64,000 nt of DNA from an uncultured Candidatus Saccharibacteria bacterium (GTDB taxonomy: Bacteria; Patescibacteriota; Minisyncoccia; Phycocordibacterales; UBA5272): NCBI GenBank assembly GCA_964517625.1, contig CAZFBW010000001.1, positions 40,319-104,318 of the forward strand. The letters are read 5' to 3'. The position numbers and the translations under genes were made by a program. The notes under the pieces were generated by a model. The model had not been told where the DNA came from and made no database searches. It saw only the letters and a program-made list of their open reading frames with translations. Position 1 is the stretch's first letter. Every line of letters starts with the position of its first letter. Shown piece after piece: positions 37,201 through 47,416 of the stretch.

Positions 37201-37454
37201 AAATGGAAGTATGGGCACTCGAAGGATACGGTGCGTCGCATATTTTGCGAGAAATGCTTACGGTAAAGTCCGACGATATCGTTGGTCGTTCCGCTGCGTT
37301 TGATTCAATTATCAAGGGTGAGGACGTGAGTGAACCAAATACACCGGCATCATTTACGGTGATGTTAAACACACTCCGTGGACTCTCGCTTGACGTTATT
37401 CCACGAAAGGTCGAAGGAACAAACGAAGAGATTCTAGGAGAATCATCCATCTAA
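34251..37454 (+). CDS. rpoB: DNA-directed RNA polymerase subunit beta
   Basis: 1067 aa with conserved beta-subunit regions throughout. Confidence 0.95.
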   Translation: MSKNARSLPVKTFAKYREPLTKLPNLVENQIISYKNLVGEGIGEIFKEFSPIRDYSEKKFDLEFLSFELSAPKFDEVYAKENKLTYEAPIRARVKLSNKILGTVKEQEIFMADFPVMTVHGTFIINGVERVVVPQLARSFGVFFDSEENKGKRYFGAKIIPARGVWIELGSESDGGIYVRIDKKRKFSAIALLRVLGLSSDDQIKNAFKGHATAEALMTTLVDRDDIKSLHDAYVEIYKRLRDGDLATPENAKEYIDSIISPERYDLSPVGRFRFNKRFGKTLEGKEAQRRTLSKEDLVDIITHIIELNNNPNAQEDDIDHLGSRRVRYVGEMMGAKIRTGMMQMKRNIQDKMSVIDTDTTLPISIINQRPLQARIKEFFTTNQLSQFMNQENLLAEVEHLRTLSALGPGGLTRERAGFEVRDVHTSHYGRVCPIHTPEGPNIGLILRLSVYARINSFGIIETPYVKVEKGKITKEIVYMNALEEERYIIAHSGNDYDEAGKFTSKLVEARRAGQPALVTREEVQFIDVASNQAFSVATSMIPFLEHDDASRALMGSNMQKQAVPLMQPEAPVVATGMEAEAARHIGRLVIAEEAGLVKYVDAKKIIIKGEKKEYEYPLLNFIKPNEFSVFHQRPTVSIGDKVKKGQVLADAATTANGQVALGHNIRVAFMAWNGANYEDAIIVSERLVRESKFSSIHIEEFVCNVRDTKLGPEVTTHDIPNVGESKLKNLDEDGIIRIGAEVRPGDILVGKITPKGETELTPEERLLRSIFGEKVRDVKDSSLRLDHGKRGRIIGVKVFSRERGDKLESGIIKRVHIEVAQIRNISVGDKLAGRHGNKGVISTILPVEEMPYDENGEPIDIILTPLGVPSRMNLGQILEMHLGLAAHTLGYQAVVPSFQGASETEIKEELVKAGFDASGTMQLFDGRTGEAFNQKSAVGVMYIMKLHHMVEDKIHMRSIGPYSLITQQPLGGKAQGGGQRFGEMEVWALEGYGASHILREMLTVKSDDIVGRSAAFDSIIKGEDVSEPNTPASFTVMLNTLRGLSLDVIPRKVEGTNEEILGESSI

Positions 37455-37484
37455 TCCATTAGCGCAACACCTAAAACAACTACT

Positions 37485-40400
37485 ATGAAAACAATTGATA
37501 CAAATAACTTTGACGGACTCACGATTAAAGTCGCATCACCTGAAGCGATTCGTGCGTGGTCATTTGGTGAAGTAACAAAACCAGAAACGATTAACTATCG
37601 TACTGGACGCAGTGAACGCTATGGTTTGTTTGATGAACGAATCTTCGGTCCAGAAAAAGATTACGAATGTTACTGTGGAAAGTACAAGCGTATTCGTTAC
37701 AAGGGGATTGTGTGTGAAAAATGTGGCGTAGAAGTCACTAAGTCTATCGTTCGTCGTGAACGCATGGGTCACATTGAGCTTGCATCTCCTGTTGCGCACA
37801 TCTGGTTCCTTCGTACTGTTCCTTCTCGTATTTCTACCATTCTCGCTCAACCGGTTTCTGATGTTGAAAAAGTTGTGTACTTTGCCGGATACGTTGTTAA
37901 ATCAGTAAACGAAGACACAAAGAAAGAAATTCTTGCAAACATTGACAGTGAATTTAAGGCAAAGGTAAAGTCAGCAAACGATGAAAAGACACAAGACAAA
38001 CTCAAGGAACTTCTCACTGCTGCGAAAAAAGAAATTGAAGAAATTAAGCCATGGAAAATTTTCGATGAGCTTACCTACCACCGCTACTCAATGAAGTACG
38101 GAACATGTTTTGAAGCAGGGATTGGTGCTGATGCATTGTACGAAATCTTCAAGACTATCGATTTGCGAGAGTTGGAAGCAAAGATTGTAAAGCAACTTGA
38201 AAAAGCAGGTGCACTTGAACGTGAAAAAGCTGAGAAGCGTCTTTCACTTGTTCGTTCGTTTATTAACGCCGGTATTCGTCCAGAATGGATGTTTATGACC
38301 GTAATTCCAGTGATTCCAGCAGGCATTCGTCCAATGGTTGCACTCGAAGGTGGTCGTTATGCAGCATCTGATGTGAACGATTTGTATCGTCGCGTGATTA
38401 ACCGAAACAATCGTTTGAAGAAACTTATGGAAATTGGTGCGCCAGATGTAATCTTGCGAAACGAAAAGCGTATTTTGCAAGAAGCATGTGATGCGCTCAT
38501 TGATAACTCAGCTCGCCACGGACAAGACGCGGTAATGAGTCAGTCACAGAAGCGCCAGCTTAAGTCACTTTCTGACAACCTTAAAGGAAAGCAAGGCCTT
38601 CTTCGTGGAAACCTTCTCGGTAAGCGTGTGGACTACTCAGCTCGTTCGGTAATTGTGGTTGGTCCGTCACTTGCTCTTAATGAGTGTGGTCTTCCAAAGC
38701 ACATGGCACTTGAATTGTTCAAGCCATTTGTTATTTCAAAACTTCTTGAACGTGAACACGCGTTTAACATTCGCGGTGCGAACAAGTTGATTGAAGATGG
38801 AATCCCAGAAGTATGGGCAATTCTTGAAGAGTGTATTGAAGGAAAGTATGTGCTCTTAAACCGTGCACCAACACTTCACCGCCTTGGTATTCAAGCGTTT
38901 AATCCTAAACTTATCGAAGGTAATGCTATTTCACTTCACCCACTCGTTTGTCAGGCCTTCAACGCGGACTTCGACGGTGACCAAATGGCTGTTCACTTAC
39001 CACTCTCCGTTGCTGCACAAGAAGAAGCGCGCACGCTCATGGCTGCAAACAGAAACTTGCTTAAGCCGGGTTCTGGAGATTCAATTGTAAACCCACGCAT
39101 GGACATGGTCCTTGGTGCGTATTGGATGACAAAAGAAATTGACGGAGAAAAGGGCGAAGGAAAGTATTTTGCTTCACCAAACGAAGCGATTACTGCGTAC
39201 GATTTTGGTATCGTATCATTCCGCGCGAAGATTTTGGCTATGCCATCTGACAAGGAGAAGTATTCAAAGTTTGAAGGACGTCCATTTGAAACAACGGTCG
39301 GACGCCTTCTCTTTAACTCAGTGTTCCCAAGTGACTTCCCATACATTAATGATGAAGTTACTGGTAAGAAGATGAACACGATTGTTGATGAAGTGATTGC
39401 AAAATATGGACTTGAACGCGCTCCAACAATTATCGACAAGATTAAATCATTCGGATACAAGTATGCGACGGTGTCTGGTACAACCTGGAGTATTGATGCA
39501 ATCAAGGTGCCAAAAGAAAAGAAGGCAATGATTGCTGAAGGATGGACCAGTATCTCTGCAATCGACGCTGACTTCGAAGAAGGTCTTCTCTCTGCAGAAG
39601 AGCGATACGAAAAGAAGATTCAAACATGGAAAAATATTCGTATTCGTCTCGAGAAGCTTATGCCAGAAGCGTTCGAAAAGCACGGTTCTGTGTATGACTT
39701 GATTACATCCGGTGCCCGCGGTTCTATCGCCCAAGTGATTCAGATGGCGGGTATGAAGGGTATTATTGTGAACAACTCAGGTCGTGAAATTGACTTCCCT
39801 GCGATTTCTTCATACAAGGAAGGACTTTCTCCACTTGAATACTTCATTACCACTTATGGTGCTCGTAAGGGTAACTCAGACACCGCGCTTAAAACTGCGC
39901 AAGCTGGATACCTTACACGCCGTCTCGTGGATGTGGCACAGGATGCTATCATCACCGAACTTGATTGTGGTACTAAAGAAAGCAAGGTAGTTCGTACAGA
40001 TAATATTCTTGGTATTACTGTTCCAATTTCAAAATCAATTCGTGGACGCGTTCTTGCAGAAGATATTGTAGTTGACGGAGCGGTGGTGTTTAAGAAGAAT
40101 CATCTCATCACAAAAGATGACGCGATGACTATCGAAAAAGCGGGAGCAACAGAAGTGCGAGTATTTTCTCCACTCATGTGTGAATCGCTTCATGGTATTT
40201 GTCAGAAGTGTTACGGACTCGATATGGGTCGGAACAAGAAGGTGGACTTGGGAGAAGCGGTTGGTATTGTTGCTGCACAAGCCATCGGTGAACCAGGAAC
40301 ACAGCTAACTATGCGTACGTTCCACGCCGGAGGTGTAGCAGGTACTGACATTACTCAAGGTCTTCCTCGTGTTGAAGAAATCTTTGAACGTCGCGCACCA

Positions 40401-41081
40401 AAGAATCCTGCGATTATTGCTCACGATGCAGGAGATGTTGTTGCAATCAGGGATGAAGGTAAGGAAAAGATTCTTGTACTTGCTGTTGATGATGATGCAA
40501 AGGGTAACAAAGCAGGCAAGCGCGTTGAGTACACGATTCCATTCCGTCGCCAACCAATTGTAAAAGTCGGAGAACATGTGAAGCGTGGCCAATTCTTGAC
40601 TGATGGTTCAGCAGATATTGAAGAACTCTTTACCTATGCTGGTAAGGAAATTGCTGAAGAATATATTGTTTCAGAAATTAACAAGGTATACGAACTTCAA
40701 GGTGCTGCAATTTCACGTAAGCACGTGGAAATCATCATCAAGCAAATGTTTGGACGTATCAAGATTACTGCTCCAGGAGATTCACGCTTCACGCAGTCAG
40801 ATGTTGTTGAAGTCGCGACATTCCGTGGAGAAAATATGAAGGTTAAAGCAAACGGGGGGACAGAAGCAAAAGGTAGATACCTTATCTTAGGTATTACCGA
40901 AGTTGCTCTCTCAACGGATTCATGGCTCTCATCTGCGTCATTCCAAAATACAACTCGCGTTCTTATCACTGCTGCAACTCGCGGACAGACTGATGAACTA
41001 CGAGGGCTTAAGGAAAACGTAATCATCGGACGCTTGATTCCAGCAGGAACAGGACTCCGAGAAAAAGAAGAAGATAAATAG
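37485..41081 (+). CDS. rpoC: DNA-directed RNA polymerase subunit beta'
   Basis: Zinc-binding CYCGKY…C, the NADFDGD catalytic motif; 1198 aa. Confidence 0.95.
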   Translation: MKTIDTNNFDGLTIKVASPEAIRAWSFGEVTKPETINYRTGRSERYGLFDERIFGPEKDYECYCGKYKRIRYKGIVCEKCGVEVTKSIVRRERMGHIELASPVAHIWFLRTVPSRISTILAQPVSDVEKVVYFAGYVVKSVNEDTKKEILANIDSEFKAKVKSANDEKTQDKLKELLTAAKKEIEEIKPWKIFDELTYHRYSMKYGTCFEAGIGADALYEIFKTIDLRELEAKIVKQLEKAGALEREKAEKRLSLVRSFINAGIRPEWMFMTVIPVIPAGIRPMVALEGGRYAASDVNDLYRRVINRNNRLKKLMEIGAPDVILRNEKRILQEACDALIDNSARHGQDAVMSQSQKRQLKSLSDNLKGKQGLLRGNLLGKRVDYSARSVIVVGPSLALNECGLPKHMALELFKPFVISKLLEREHAFNIRGANKLIEDGIPEVWAILEECIEGKYVLLNRAPTLHRLGIQAFNPKLIEGNAISLHPLVCQAFNADFDGDQMAVHLPLSVAAQEEARTLMAANRNLLKPGSGDSIVNPRMDMVLGAYWMTKEIDGEKGEGKYFASPNEAITAYDFGIVSFRAKILAMPSDKEKYSKFEGRPFETTVGRLLFNSVFPSDFPYINDEVTGKKMNTIVDEVIAKYGLERAPTIIDKIKSFGYKYATVSGTTWSIDAIKVPKEKKAMIAEGWTSISAIDADFEEGLLSAEERYEKKIQTWKNIRIRLEKLMPEAFEKHGSVYDLITSGARGSIAQVIQMAGMKGIIVNNSGREIDFPAISSYKEGLSPLEYFITTYGARKGNSDTALKTAQAGYLTRRLVDVAQDAIITELDCGTKESKVVRTDNILGITVPISKSIRGRVLAEDIVVDGAVVFKKNHLITKDDAMTIEKAGATEVRVFSPLMCESLHGICQKCYGLDMGRNKKVDLGEAVGIVAAQAIGEPGTQLTMRTFHAGGVAGTDITQGLPRVEEIFERRAPKNPAIIAHDAGDVVAIRDEGKEKILVLAVDDDAKGNKAGKRVEYTIPFRRQPIVKVGEHVKRGQFLTDGSADIEELFTYAGKEIAEEYIVSEINKVYELQGAAISRKHVEIIIKQMFGRIKITAPGDSRFTQSDVVEVATFRGENMKVKANGGTEAKGRYLILGITEVALSTDSWLSSASFQNTTRVLITAATRGQTDELRGLKENVIIGRLIPAGTGLREKEEDK

Positions 41082-41105
41082 CAATTTACAAAGAGGGGAT
41101 ACAAA

Positions 41106-41135
41106 AGAGCGACGCCTACGGCGTCGCTCTTTTGA
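41106..41135 (+). terminator. Terminator after rpoC
   Basis: agagcgacgcc-tac-ggcgtcgctct plus a T-run. Confidence 0.75.
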
Positions 41136-41166
41136 TTTTAGTCTTGCAAAACAAAGAGTTTTTATA

Positions 41167-41194
41167 TTGACAAAATATGTAAAAATGATATAAT
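41167..41194 (+). promoter_or_regulatory. Sigma70 promoter TTGACA-16-TATAAT
   Basis: Consensus hexamers upstream of the small tandem ORFs. Confidence 0.6.
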
Positions 41195-41237
41195 AAAAAT
41201 TGGTAACTTCGTTCAACTCTCAAATGAAAGGAAGGTT

Positions 41238-41309
41238 ATGCATACGCTTATCCTGGTTTTTTCAAAAACCAGTGGTAGTAACACTGGTGGCGTCGCAGTT
41301 CACAGTTAG
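41238..41309 (+). pseudogene. Truncated or frameshifted paralog of the downstream small secreted protein (MHTLILVFS… stopping after 23 codons)
   Basis: Its N-terminus MHTLILVFS matches MYTLILVFS of the next gene, and a Shine-Dalgarno site (GGAAGG) is present. A different frame (ORF 41200..41415) continues through the rest. Confidence 0.3.
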
Positions 41310-41426
41310 CAAGTGTCAGGCTTCAGTAGTAAGGAAGAAGCAGATGCGGCGGGTCAAGAGGCGATGCATGGGATGCAAGGAGGCACCAGCCTCAGTGTTT
41401 CCTTCGTTTCCGTAGAGGTGAAGTAA

Positions 41427-41633
41427 ATGTATACGCTCATTTTGGTTTTCTCTCTTTCGCTCAGTGCCCAACATGGTGCGCTTGCGAGCGAGAAAGTGGA
41501 GGGGTTCCAGTCGTTCGACACGTGCGAAATCGCCGGCAGGAAGGCGGAAAGGGATCTGGTCCATTCGCCGAATCCTCGGTGGGCCAAAGAAACCCCCATC
41601 ATCGTCAAGTATTCGTGTGTGAAGGTGAAGTAA
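41427..41633 (+). CDS. Small secreted protein (68 aa, signal peptide, 2 Cys)
   Basis: Shine-Dalgarno site GAGGTG, signal peptide MYTLILVFSLSLSAQHGALA, terminator at 41640..41670. Confidence 0.45.
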   Translation: MYTLILVFSLSLSAQHGALASEKVEGFQSFDTCEIAGRKAERDLVHSPNPRWAKETPIIVKYSCVKVK

Positions 41634-41766
41634 CCCTACCTAGCACACAAAAAGGCCAACTCTCGAGTTGGTCTTTTTTCTTACAAAATTTGATTTTTCA
41701 AAAGTTGATTTGCTTCGTCATTACTATGTGTGATAGGATAAATTTGTTTTGTCCTTTGGGGGATTT

Positions 41767-42024
41767 ATGAATAGTCTCGGAAATGTAACACTCAGGAATA
41801 ACACTGACGAAAAGCAACATGTAGTCGCTGTTTATCCGAGAGAGGTAAAGCCCGGTGAGGTCCCACGCCTTCATCCCGAGTGGCCGGAAGAATTTTTTGC
41901 AATCGCTGGTGTTGAAGAAAAAGGATTAATTACTGCACATCTTTTCAAGTTTGGGCAACAAGCGGGGGTTGGGGTTGCTGTTCTTAAAAAGAACGAAAAA
42001 GGAGAACTGGAACCCGCTTGCTAA
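41767..42024 (+). CDS. Hypothetical small protein (85 aa)
   Basis: ORF with a terminator at 42035..42066. Confidence 0.4.
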   Translation: MNSLGNVTLRNNTDEKQHVVAVYPREVKPGEVPRLHPEWPEEFFAIAGVEEKGLITAHLFKFGQQAGVGVAVLKKNEKGELEPAC

Positions 42025-42106
42025 AAATCGTTGTTTTAAAAGACCCCACGAAAGGGGTCTTTTTTCTTACAAAAATTGCTTTTTCAAAAATGGTATAATG
42101 ATGGTC

Positions 42107-43720
42107 ATGAACCCCAAAGACCAGGTCAAGGAAGCGCTTTCGATTGTTGATGTGGTCTCCACCTACATTCGTTTGGAAAAGTCAGGCAATCAATTTCGCG
42201 CACGGTGCCCATTCCATAATGAGAAGACACCGTCCTTTTATGTGTCGCTTGAACGAAGAAGTTTTCACTGTTTTGGGTGTCAGGAGCACGGCGACATTTT
42301 TACCTTCGTTGAAAAAATTGAAAACATTCCTTTTTATGATGCGCTTAAAATTTTAGCAGACCGTGCTGGTGTTTCCCTTAAAGATTCACAAAGAAATAAA
42401 GAAGACTCGCGACTGGTTGCACTCTTGAAAGACGCAACAGAACATTTGGAGAAAAATCTAAGTAGTAGCGCTGAAGCAAAAGAATATTTAATGTCGCGCG
42501 GGTTATCTCAAGAAACACTCAAAACATTTCATGTTGGCTACGCAAAAAACGAATGGCGTGACATGTTTGTCTACTTGGCGAGCAAGGGATACACCCCAGA
42601 AGAAATGGAACAAGCAGGACTTGTCATTAAAACTGAGAAAGGATTCTATGACCGTTTTCGCGGACGCATTATGTTTCCAATACGAAATGTTTCCGGTGCA
42701 ACAGTCGGGTACTCGGGGAGAATCTTGCCATCTTTGGTTGATCCAACTGTTGCGCAAGGAAAATATGTAAACACACCAGAGACACCGCTGTATCACAAAT
42801 CAAAAATTCTCTTTGGTTATGACACCGCGAAAAAGACGATGAATGAAACTAAAGAAGTAGTTGTGGTTGAGGGTCAGATGGATTTGTGTATGAGCTATCA
42901 AGCGGGCGTGCACAACACCGTTGCAGTGTCTGGCACTGCATTTACCGATGAGCACATTCATTTGATTAAACGTTTTTGTGACAAAGTGATTTTGTCATTC
43001 GACACTGACCAAGCGGGGCAAAACGCGCTTAAAAAAACCGCACTCCTTTGTTTGCTTGGGGGTTTGGATGTATACGTCGTTTCGGCAATTGGCACCAAAG
43101 ACCCAGCAGATTTAATTATGGAGAATCCTACGCTTTGGCTTACAGCAATTAAAGAGAAGAAGCACATCATTGAAACCACGGTGGATGCAATTCTTGCACA
43201 AAAACTCGATGAACGAGAACAGGGTAGACGTATTGTGCTTGAAGTGCTTCCACTTATTCGCGCGCTTCAATCATCCGTTGACCGTGTGCACTTCATCAAA
43301 CGCGTTGCTAAAAAATCAGGGCTCACCGAAGAATCGCTCCAGGAAGAATTAGTGCGAGGGTTGATTACGCATCCAGATGACGCAGAAACAGAGCCACGCG
43401 CTTCTGTCTCAGTACTTGAGAAACTTTCTCGTGAACTGTTGGCTTTTGCTCGACTGTATAAAAAAGAAAAAGAAATCAAATCGCTCGGCATTGATGTACA
43501 TATGTTTCCAGACGCAATCATTGAAGAAACAATGTTTACGTTAGAAGAACAGTTGCTTGGTGATAAGGAAACATACTTTACAGATATTGTTGCGCGCTTC
43601 AAAGATGAAACTCGTAAGCAGTCGCTTAAGGAGTTGCACGCAAAACTAAAAGATCCAAGTGCCGACCACGATAGTATTATGAAAGAAATGCACTCAATTG
43701 CAAAAGGGACTGAAAAGTAA
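42107..43720 (+). CDS. dnaG: DNA primase
   Basis: CHC2 zinc finger CPFHNEKTPSF…HCFGC and the Toprim EGQMD motif. TGgTATAAT ends 7 nt before the ATG, so the mRNA is probably leaderless. Confidence 0.85.
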   Translation: MNPKDQVKEALSIVDVVSTYIRLEKSGNQFRARCPFHNEKTPSFYVSLERRSFHCFGCQEHGDIFTFVEKIENIPFYDALKILADRAGVSLKDSQRNKEDSRLVALLKDATEHLEKNLSSSAEAKEYLMSRGLSQETLKTFHVGYAKNEWRDMFVYLASKGYTPEEMEQAGLVIKTEKGFYDRFRGRIMFPIRNVSGATVGYSGRILPSLVDPTVAQGKYVNTPETPLYHKSKILFGYDTAKKTMNETKEVVVVEGQMDLCMSYQAGVHNTVAVSGTAFTDEHIHLIKRFCDKVILSFDTDQAGQNALKKTALLCLLGGLDVYVVSAIGTKDPADLIMENPTLWLTAIKEKKHIIETTVDAILAQKLDEREQGRRIVLEVLPLIRALQSSVDRVHFIKRVAKKSGLTEESLQEELVRGLITHPDDAETEPRASVSVLEKLSRELLAFARLYKKEKEIKSLGIDVHMFPDAIIEETMFTLEEQLLGDKETYFTDIVARFKDETRKQSLKELHAKLKDPSADHDSIMKEMHSIAKGTEK

Positions 43721-43807
43721 AGGCTTTGCTTATCCACTTTGTCCCCAGATAACGCTTGACTAGACCAAAAGTGCTTTTTGTGTTAGAATTGCGCTTACCA
43801 TTTACAT

Positions 43808-45172
43808 ATGGCCAAATCAAAAGGATCTTCACAAAAAAAGAGTGCACAGAAAAAATCTGCGACCAAAAACGCAGCAAAAAAAGTAAAAAACAAAAAGGTT
43901 GCCACACATAAAAAGAAGGCACCTCTCAAAAAGAAATCTGCGAAGAAAACCGTAAAGAAAGTCATACCAAAACCTAAGAAGCAAGCGCACAGTGTAAGTA
44001 AGAAAGCGCAAGGGAAGTCAAAAGTAAAACTTCCAGAGAAACCAAAGTACAAGCCAAAGGCATTCACCATTAAAACTGGTCCGAACAAGCCAAAGGCAGA
44101 AGTTAAAACAAAAAAAGTTCTCACGCGAGAACAAAACGAAGAAGAGTTGCTTTCCAAAGGAAAGGAACGCGGTTTCATTACGTATGATGAAATCATTAAG
44201 TATTTCCCAACGATTGAAACTGACATTTTATATCTTGAGGAACTCTATGAAAAAATAAGTGCAGCGGGCATTGATATTTTGGAAGGGGGAAACATCTTGG
44301 ACATGGATGATGACCTTGCTAAATTGGGAAGCGATAGTACGCACGACAGTATTCAAATGTATCTTCGTGAAATTGGACAATACCCACTTATTTCCGGTGA
44401 AAACGAACGAGAACTTGCAAAGCGCATTGAAAAAGGAGACAAGGAAGCGGCGGCTTTGCTTGCTAAAGCAAACTTGCGTCTCGTGGTTTCGATCGCTAAG
44501 AAATATGTCGGTCGCTCATCTGATTTGACACTCCTTGATCTTATTCAGGAAGGGAATCTTGGTTTGTTTAAGGCAGTTGAGAAATTCGATTACTCGAAAG
44601 GATTTAAGTTTTCAACCTATGCAACCTGGTGGATTCGTCAGGCAATCACGAGAGCACTTGCTGATCAGTCTCGCACCATTCGTATTCCTGTGCACATGGT
44701 AGAAACCATTGCGAAGTATAAGCAAGTTGTTCGTCGTTTGTCACAAGACCTAGGTCGTGACCCACTCGCTGAAGAAGTGGCAGTTGAAATGGGGCTTGAT
44801 GTTGAAAAAATCCACGTGATTGAAAACATTAACCAAGACACCGTGTCACTTGAAAAACCAATTGGTGATGATGATGATAAATCAACGCTTGGTGAATTTA
44901 TTGCGGACGATAAAATTCTATCACCAGATGCTGAAAGCTCACACAGAATTTTGGCTGACCAAATTAACGAAATTCTTGATGACCTTTCTCCAAAGGAACG
45001 CAAGATTGTTGAGATGCGAAATGGATTAGGTGAGTACGACGGTGTGATGCATACGCTTGAAGAAGTGGGGGCAGAGTTTGGGGTGACGCGTGAGCGTATT
45101 CGTCAAATTGAAGCAAAAGTGCATGAAAAGATTAGAAGTCACGAGAAGGCAGAACGTTTAAGAAACTACTAA
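43808..45172 (+). CDS. rpoD: RNA polymerase sigma-70 factor RpoD with a lysine-rich (histone H1-like) N-terminal extension
   Basis: Sigma70 regions 1.2-4 (…YLREIG…, [10 protein letters not shown]…). The first about 100 aa are K/A/P-rich. A terminator follows at 45175..45204. Confidence 0.9.
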   Translation: MAKSKGSSQKKSAQKKSATKNAAKKVKNKKVATHKKKAPLKKKSAKKTVKKVIPKPKKQAHSVSKKAQGKSKVKLPEKPKYKPKAFTIKTGPNKPKAEVKTKKVLTREQNEEELLSKGKERGFITYDEIIKYFPTIETDILYLEELYEKISAAGIDILEGGNILDMDDDLAKLGSDSTHDSIQMYLREIGQYPLISGENERELAKRIEKGDKEAAALLAKANLRLVVSIAKKYVGRSSDLTLLDLIQEGNLGLFKAVEKFDYSKGFKFSTYATWWIRQAITRALADQSRTIRIPVHMVETIAKYKQVVRRLSQDLGRDPLAEEVAVEMGLDVEKIHVIENINQDTVSLEKPIGDDDDKSTLGEFIADDKILSPDAESSHRILADQINEILDDLSPKERKIVEMRNGLGEYDGVMHTLEEVGAEFGVTRERIRQIEAKVHEKIRSHEKAERLRNY

Positions 45173-45212
45173 ACAAAAAACCGCCGAATGGCGGTTTTTT
45201 TTGTTTTCCTAT

Positions 45213-45725
45213 TTAGTAGCACATGTAGTATCCACTGACATAGATGCAACTATTGCGTGGGTTGTATTGATAGTTGAAATAATGATGTCTGCCGTAATAG
45301 CTGTAATTTACGGATGGATAGTAACTGTTGTAGTAGCTTCCGTAATAGGATGGGTATGAGTACGTATTGTAGTAGTTGTACGGGTAGGTGTAGTTACTAT
45401 ACGAGTAGTTGTACGGGTAGGTGTAGTTGCTGTAGGTATAGTCGTAGGTGTATGGGTATGTATACGAGTATGAGTTGTTATATGGATAACTGTAATTGTA
45501 ATAATTGCTGTACGTATTGTTGTAGTACGGATAGTATCCGTAGTTGTAGCCGTACTGGTTATAGCAATCGTAATTGTAGCCTACGGCATAGGCGCAATTA
45601 TTATAATTTGCATAGCCATATCCAGTTGTTGGATATCCGTAATTGTATGTTTGTGCAGAAGTAAAAAGCACGCTACTTATAAAAAGTGAAGAGGACACAA
45701 TGGCAAGTGAAAGTATCTTTTTCAT
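45213..45725 (-). CDS. Secreted tyrosine/asparagine-rich low-complexity repeat protein (170 aa, about 35% Tyr, 4 Cys)
   Basis: Signal peptide MKKILSLAIVSSSLFISSVLFTSA, followed by YNY/YTYPY/SNYTYPYNYSY repeats. Promoter TTGACG-17-TAGGAT on the minus strand. Confidence 0.6.
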   Translation of the reverse strand: MKKILSLAIVSSSLFISSVLFTSAQTYNYGYPTTGYGYANYNNCAYAVGYNYDCYNQYGYNYGYYPYYNNTYSNYYNYSYPYNNSYSYTYPYTYDYTYSNYTYPYNYSYSNYTYPYNYYNTYSYPSYYGSYYNSYYPSVNYSYYGRHHYFNYQYNPRNSCIYVSGYYMCY

Positions 45726-45808
45726 ACCCGTATCCTATTCCAAAAAAATGGGGTCGTCAAGAAAGGGTGAATAGACAAAATCGCTTTTTTGTGGTAGAAT
45801 TGCTACTT

Positions 45809-46780
45809 ATGTTAATCGACCACATTACACTCTCAATTAAGGCTGGAAAAGGCGGTGACGGCGTTGTTCGTTGGCGTCGCGAGAAAGGTATTCCTTATGG
45901 TGGACCAGCAGGAGGGGATGGTGGAAAGGGTGGTGATGTGTATTTCCGTGTTGTGCGCGACATTCAAGCGCTTTCAACGTATAAGCATAAAACTGAATGG
46001 GAAGCAGAAGGTGGTGAATCTGGTAAAAAGCGAAGTATGCACGGCAGAGGTGCCGAGGATTTGTATATGAATGTTCCTGTTGGAGCTGTGATTCATAATC
46101 GCGAATACGATATTGATTACGAGTGCATAGAAGATGGGCAAGAAATTTTAGTGCTTCGTGGTGGAAAAGGAGGACTTGGAAATGAAAATTTTAAGACATC
46201 AACGAATCGCGCACCAATGGAATTTACAAAAGGTGAGAAGGGTGAATTTGCGACATTTGATATTGAACTTCGTTTGATTGCTGATGTTGGATTAATTGGT
46301 CTTCCAAATGCAGGCAAGTCATCTCTCCTTAATGCGCTCACTCGAGCGGGTGCAAAGGTTGGTGCGTATGCGTTCACGACGCTTGAACCTAACTTGGGCG
46401 CATATTTCGGATACGTCCTTGCGGATGTTCCAGGTCTTATTGAAGGAGCAAGTGAAGGCAAGGGGTTGGGACACAAGTTTTTGCGCCACATCAAGCGCAC
46501 CTCCATGCTTGTGCACCTTGTTTCTGCGGAAAACGAAGACGTTGCACTTGCATATACCACAATTCGAAAAGAACTTGGCAAATATGATGATGAACTTTTA
46601 ACAAAACGTGAAATCGTTGTGCTTTCAAAAACCGACACGGTTCCTGATGATGTGCTTCTAAAAAAGCAGAAGGCGCTACAAAAAGCATGTGGGAAGGACG
46701 TTGTACTCCTTTCTCTTTTTCAAGATGAAACAGTTAAAGCATTTGGTGATATTTTAGTGAAAGAATTGAAAGCGAAATAA
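45809..46780 (+). CDS. obg: GTPase Obg
   Basis: Glycine-rich Obg fold (GGDGGKGGDV) and a GLPNAGKSS G-domain. Extended -10 TGgTAGAAT lies 8 nt before the ATG. Confidence 0.85.
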   Translation: MLIDHITLSIKAGKGGDGVVRWRREKGIPYGGPAGGDGGKGGDVYFRVVRDIQALSTYKHKTEWEAEGGESGKKRSMHGRGAEDLYMNVPVGAVIHNREYDIDYECIEDGQEILVLRGGKGGLGNENFKTSTNRAPMEFTKGEKGEFATFDIELRLIADVGLIGLPNAGKSSLLNALTRAGAKVGAYAFTTLEPNLGAYFGYVLADVPGLIEGASEGKGLGHKFLRHIKRTSMLVHLVSAENEDVALAYTTIRKELGKYDDELLTKREIVVLSKTDTVPDDVLLKKQKALQKACGKDVVLLSLFQDETVKAFGDILVKELKAK

Positions 46781-46782
46781 GA

Positions 46783-47376
46783 TTACTCTCCATTCAAAAT
46801 ATCTTTCTTTGCTCCTGGTGTAAAAATACCGAGATGGCGCGTGTTTAACCCCATGCAACGAATAAGAGTGTACGCAACAGAGTTGGAATTGATTGTTTCT
46901 CCGGTCACCTTTACGCCAAGTGGTGGGTAGAGGAGTTTTTTTTCATTGATTTTTTCTTTACAGGTGCGCGCTTTTTCCCAAAGCATAAGCATGTCCTCCT
47001 TACTTCCTGTGGTGAGAACAAAACCAGGGTCATTGTTCGAGGAAAAATAGTTTCGTGAACCGTTAAATTCCCACACGACAAGCTTATCGGTGTCGCTTGC
47101 CCCGACATATTTCCATATTCCCGTTAGGGCGTCCGTTGCAAGTCCGTGCAGTTCGTAAACAACGTTGTTTTTTTCGTCACGCAAAACAAGATAGTTGTGG
47201 CCAGCAAGCCCTAAGAGAAGTGGGTACTGAATTTTTTGAATACTCCATTTGCCAAATGCAGGGGTTGGTGTCGGGTGGGTGATTTCGTTGTTAGTGAGAA
47301 TGTATAAAAATAGAACAAAGAAAACACTGAGGAGTGCATCGCGAATGTGTTTATGAGAAGAGAAATAGGCAAACAT
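46783..47376 (-). CDS. Hypothetical protein with an N-terminal TM anchor
   Basis: 197-aa ORF. Confidence 0.4.
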   Translation of the reverse strand: MFAYFSSHKHIRDALLSVFFVLFLYILTNNEITHPTPTPAFGKWSIQKIQYPLLLGLAGHNYLVLRDEKNNVVYELHGLATDALTGIWKYVGASDTDKLVVWEFNGSRNYFSSNNDPGFVLTTGSKEDMLMLWEKARTCKEKINEKKLLYPPLGVKVTGETINSNSVAYTLIRCMGLNTRHLGIFTPGAKKDILNGE

Positions 47377-47416
47377 ACTTCACCAAGAAGTATAGCAAGA
47401 AAAAATATAGGAAATA

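Noticed and set aside
45314-45664. 116-aa Cys/Ser/Arg-rich plus-strand ORF
   Set aside because: It is antisense to the Tyr-rich gene: the TAC/TAT-rich sense strand gives a Cys/Ser-rich antisense frame. It has no promoter and no Shine-Dalgarno site.
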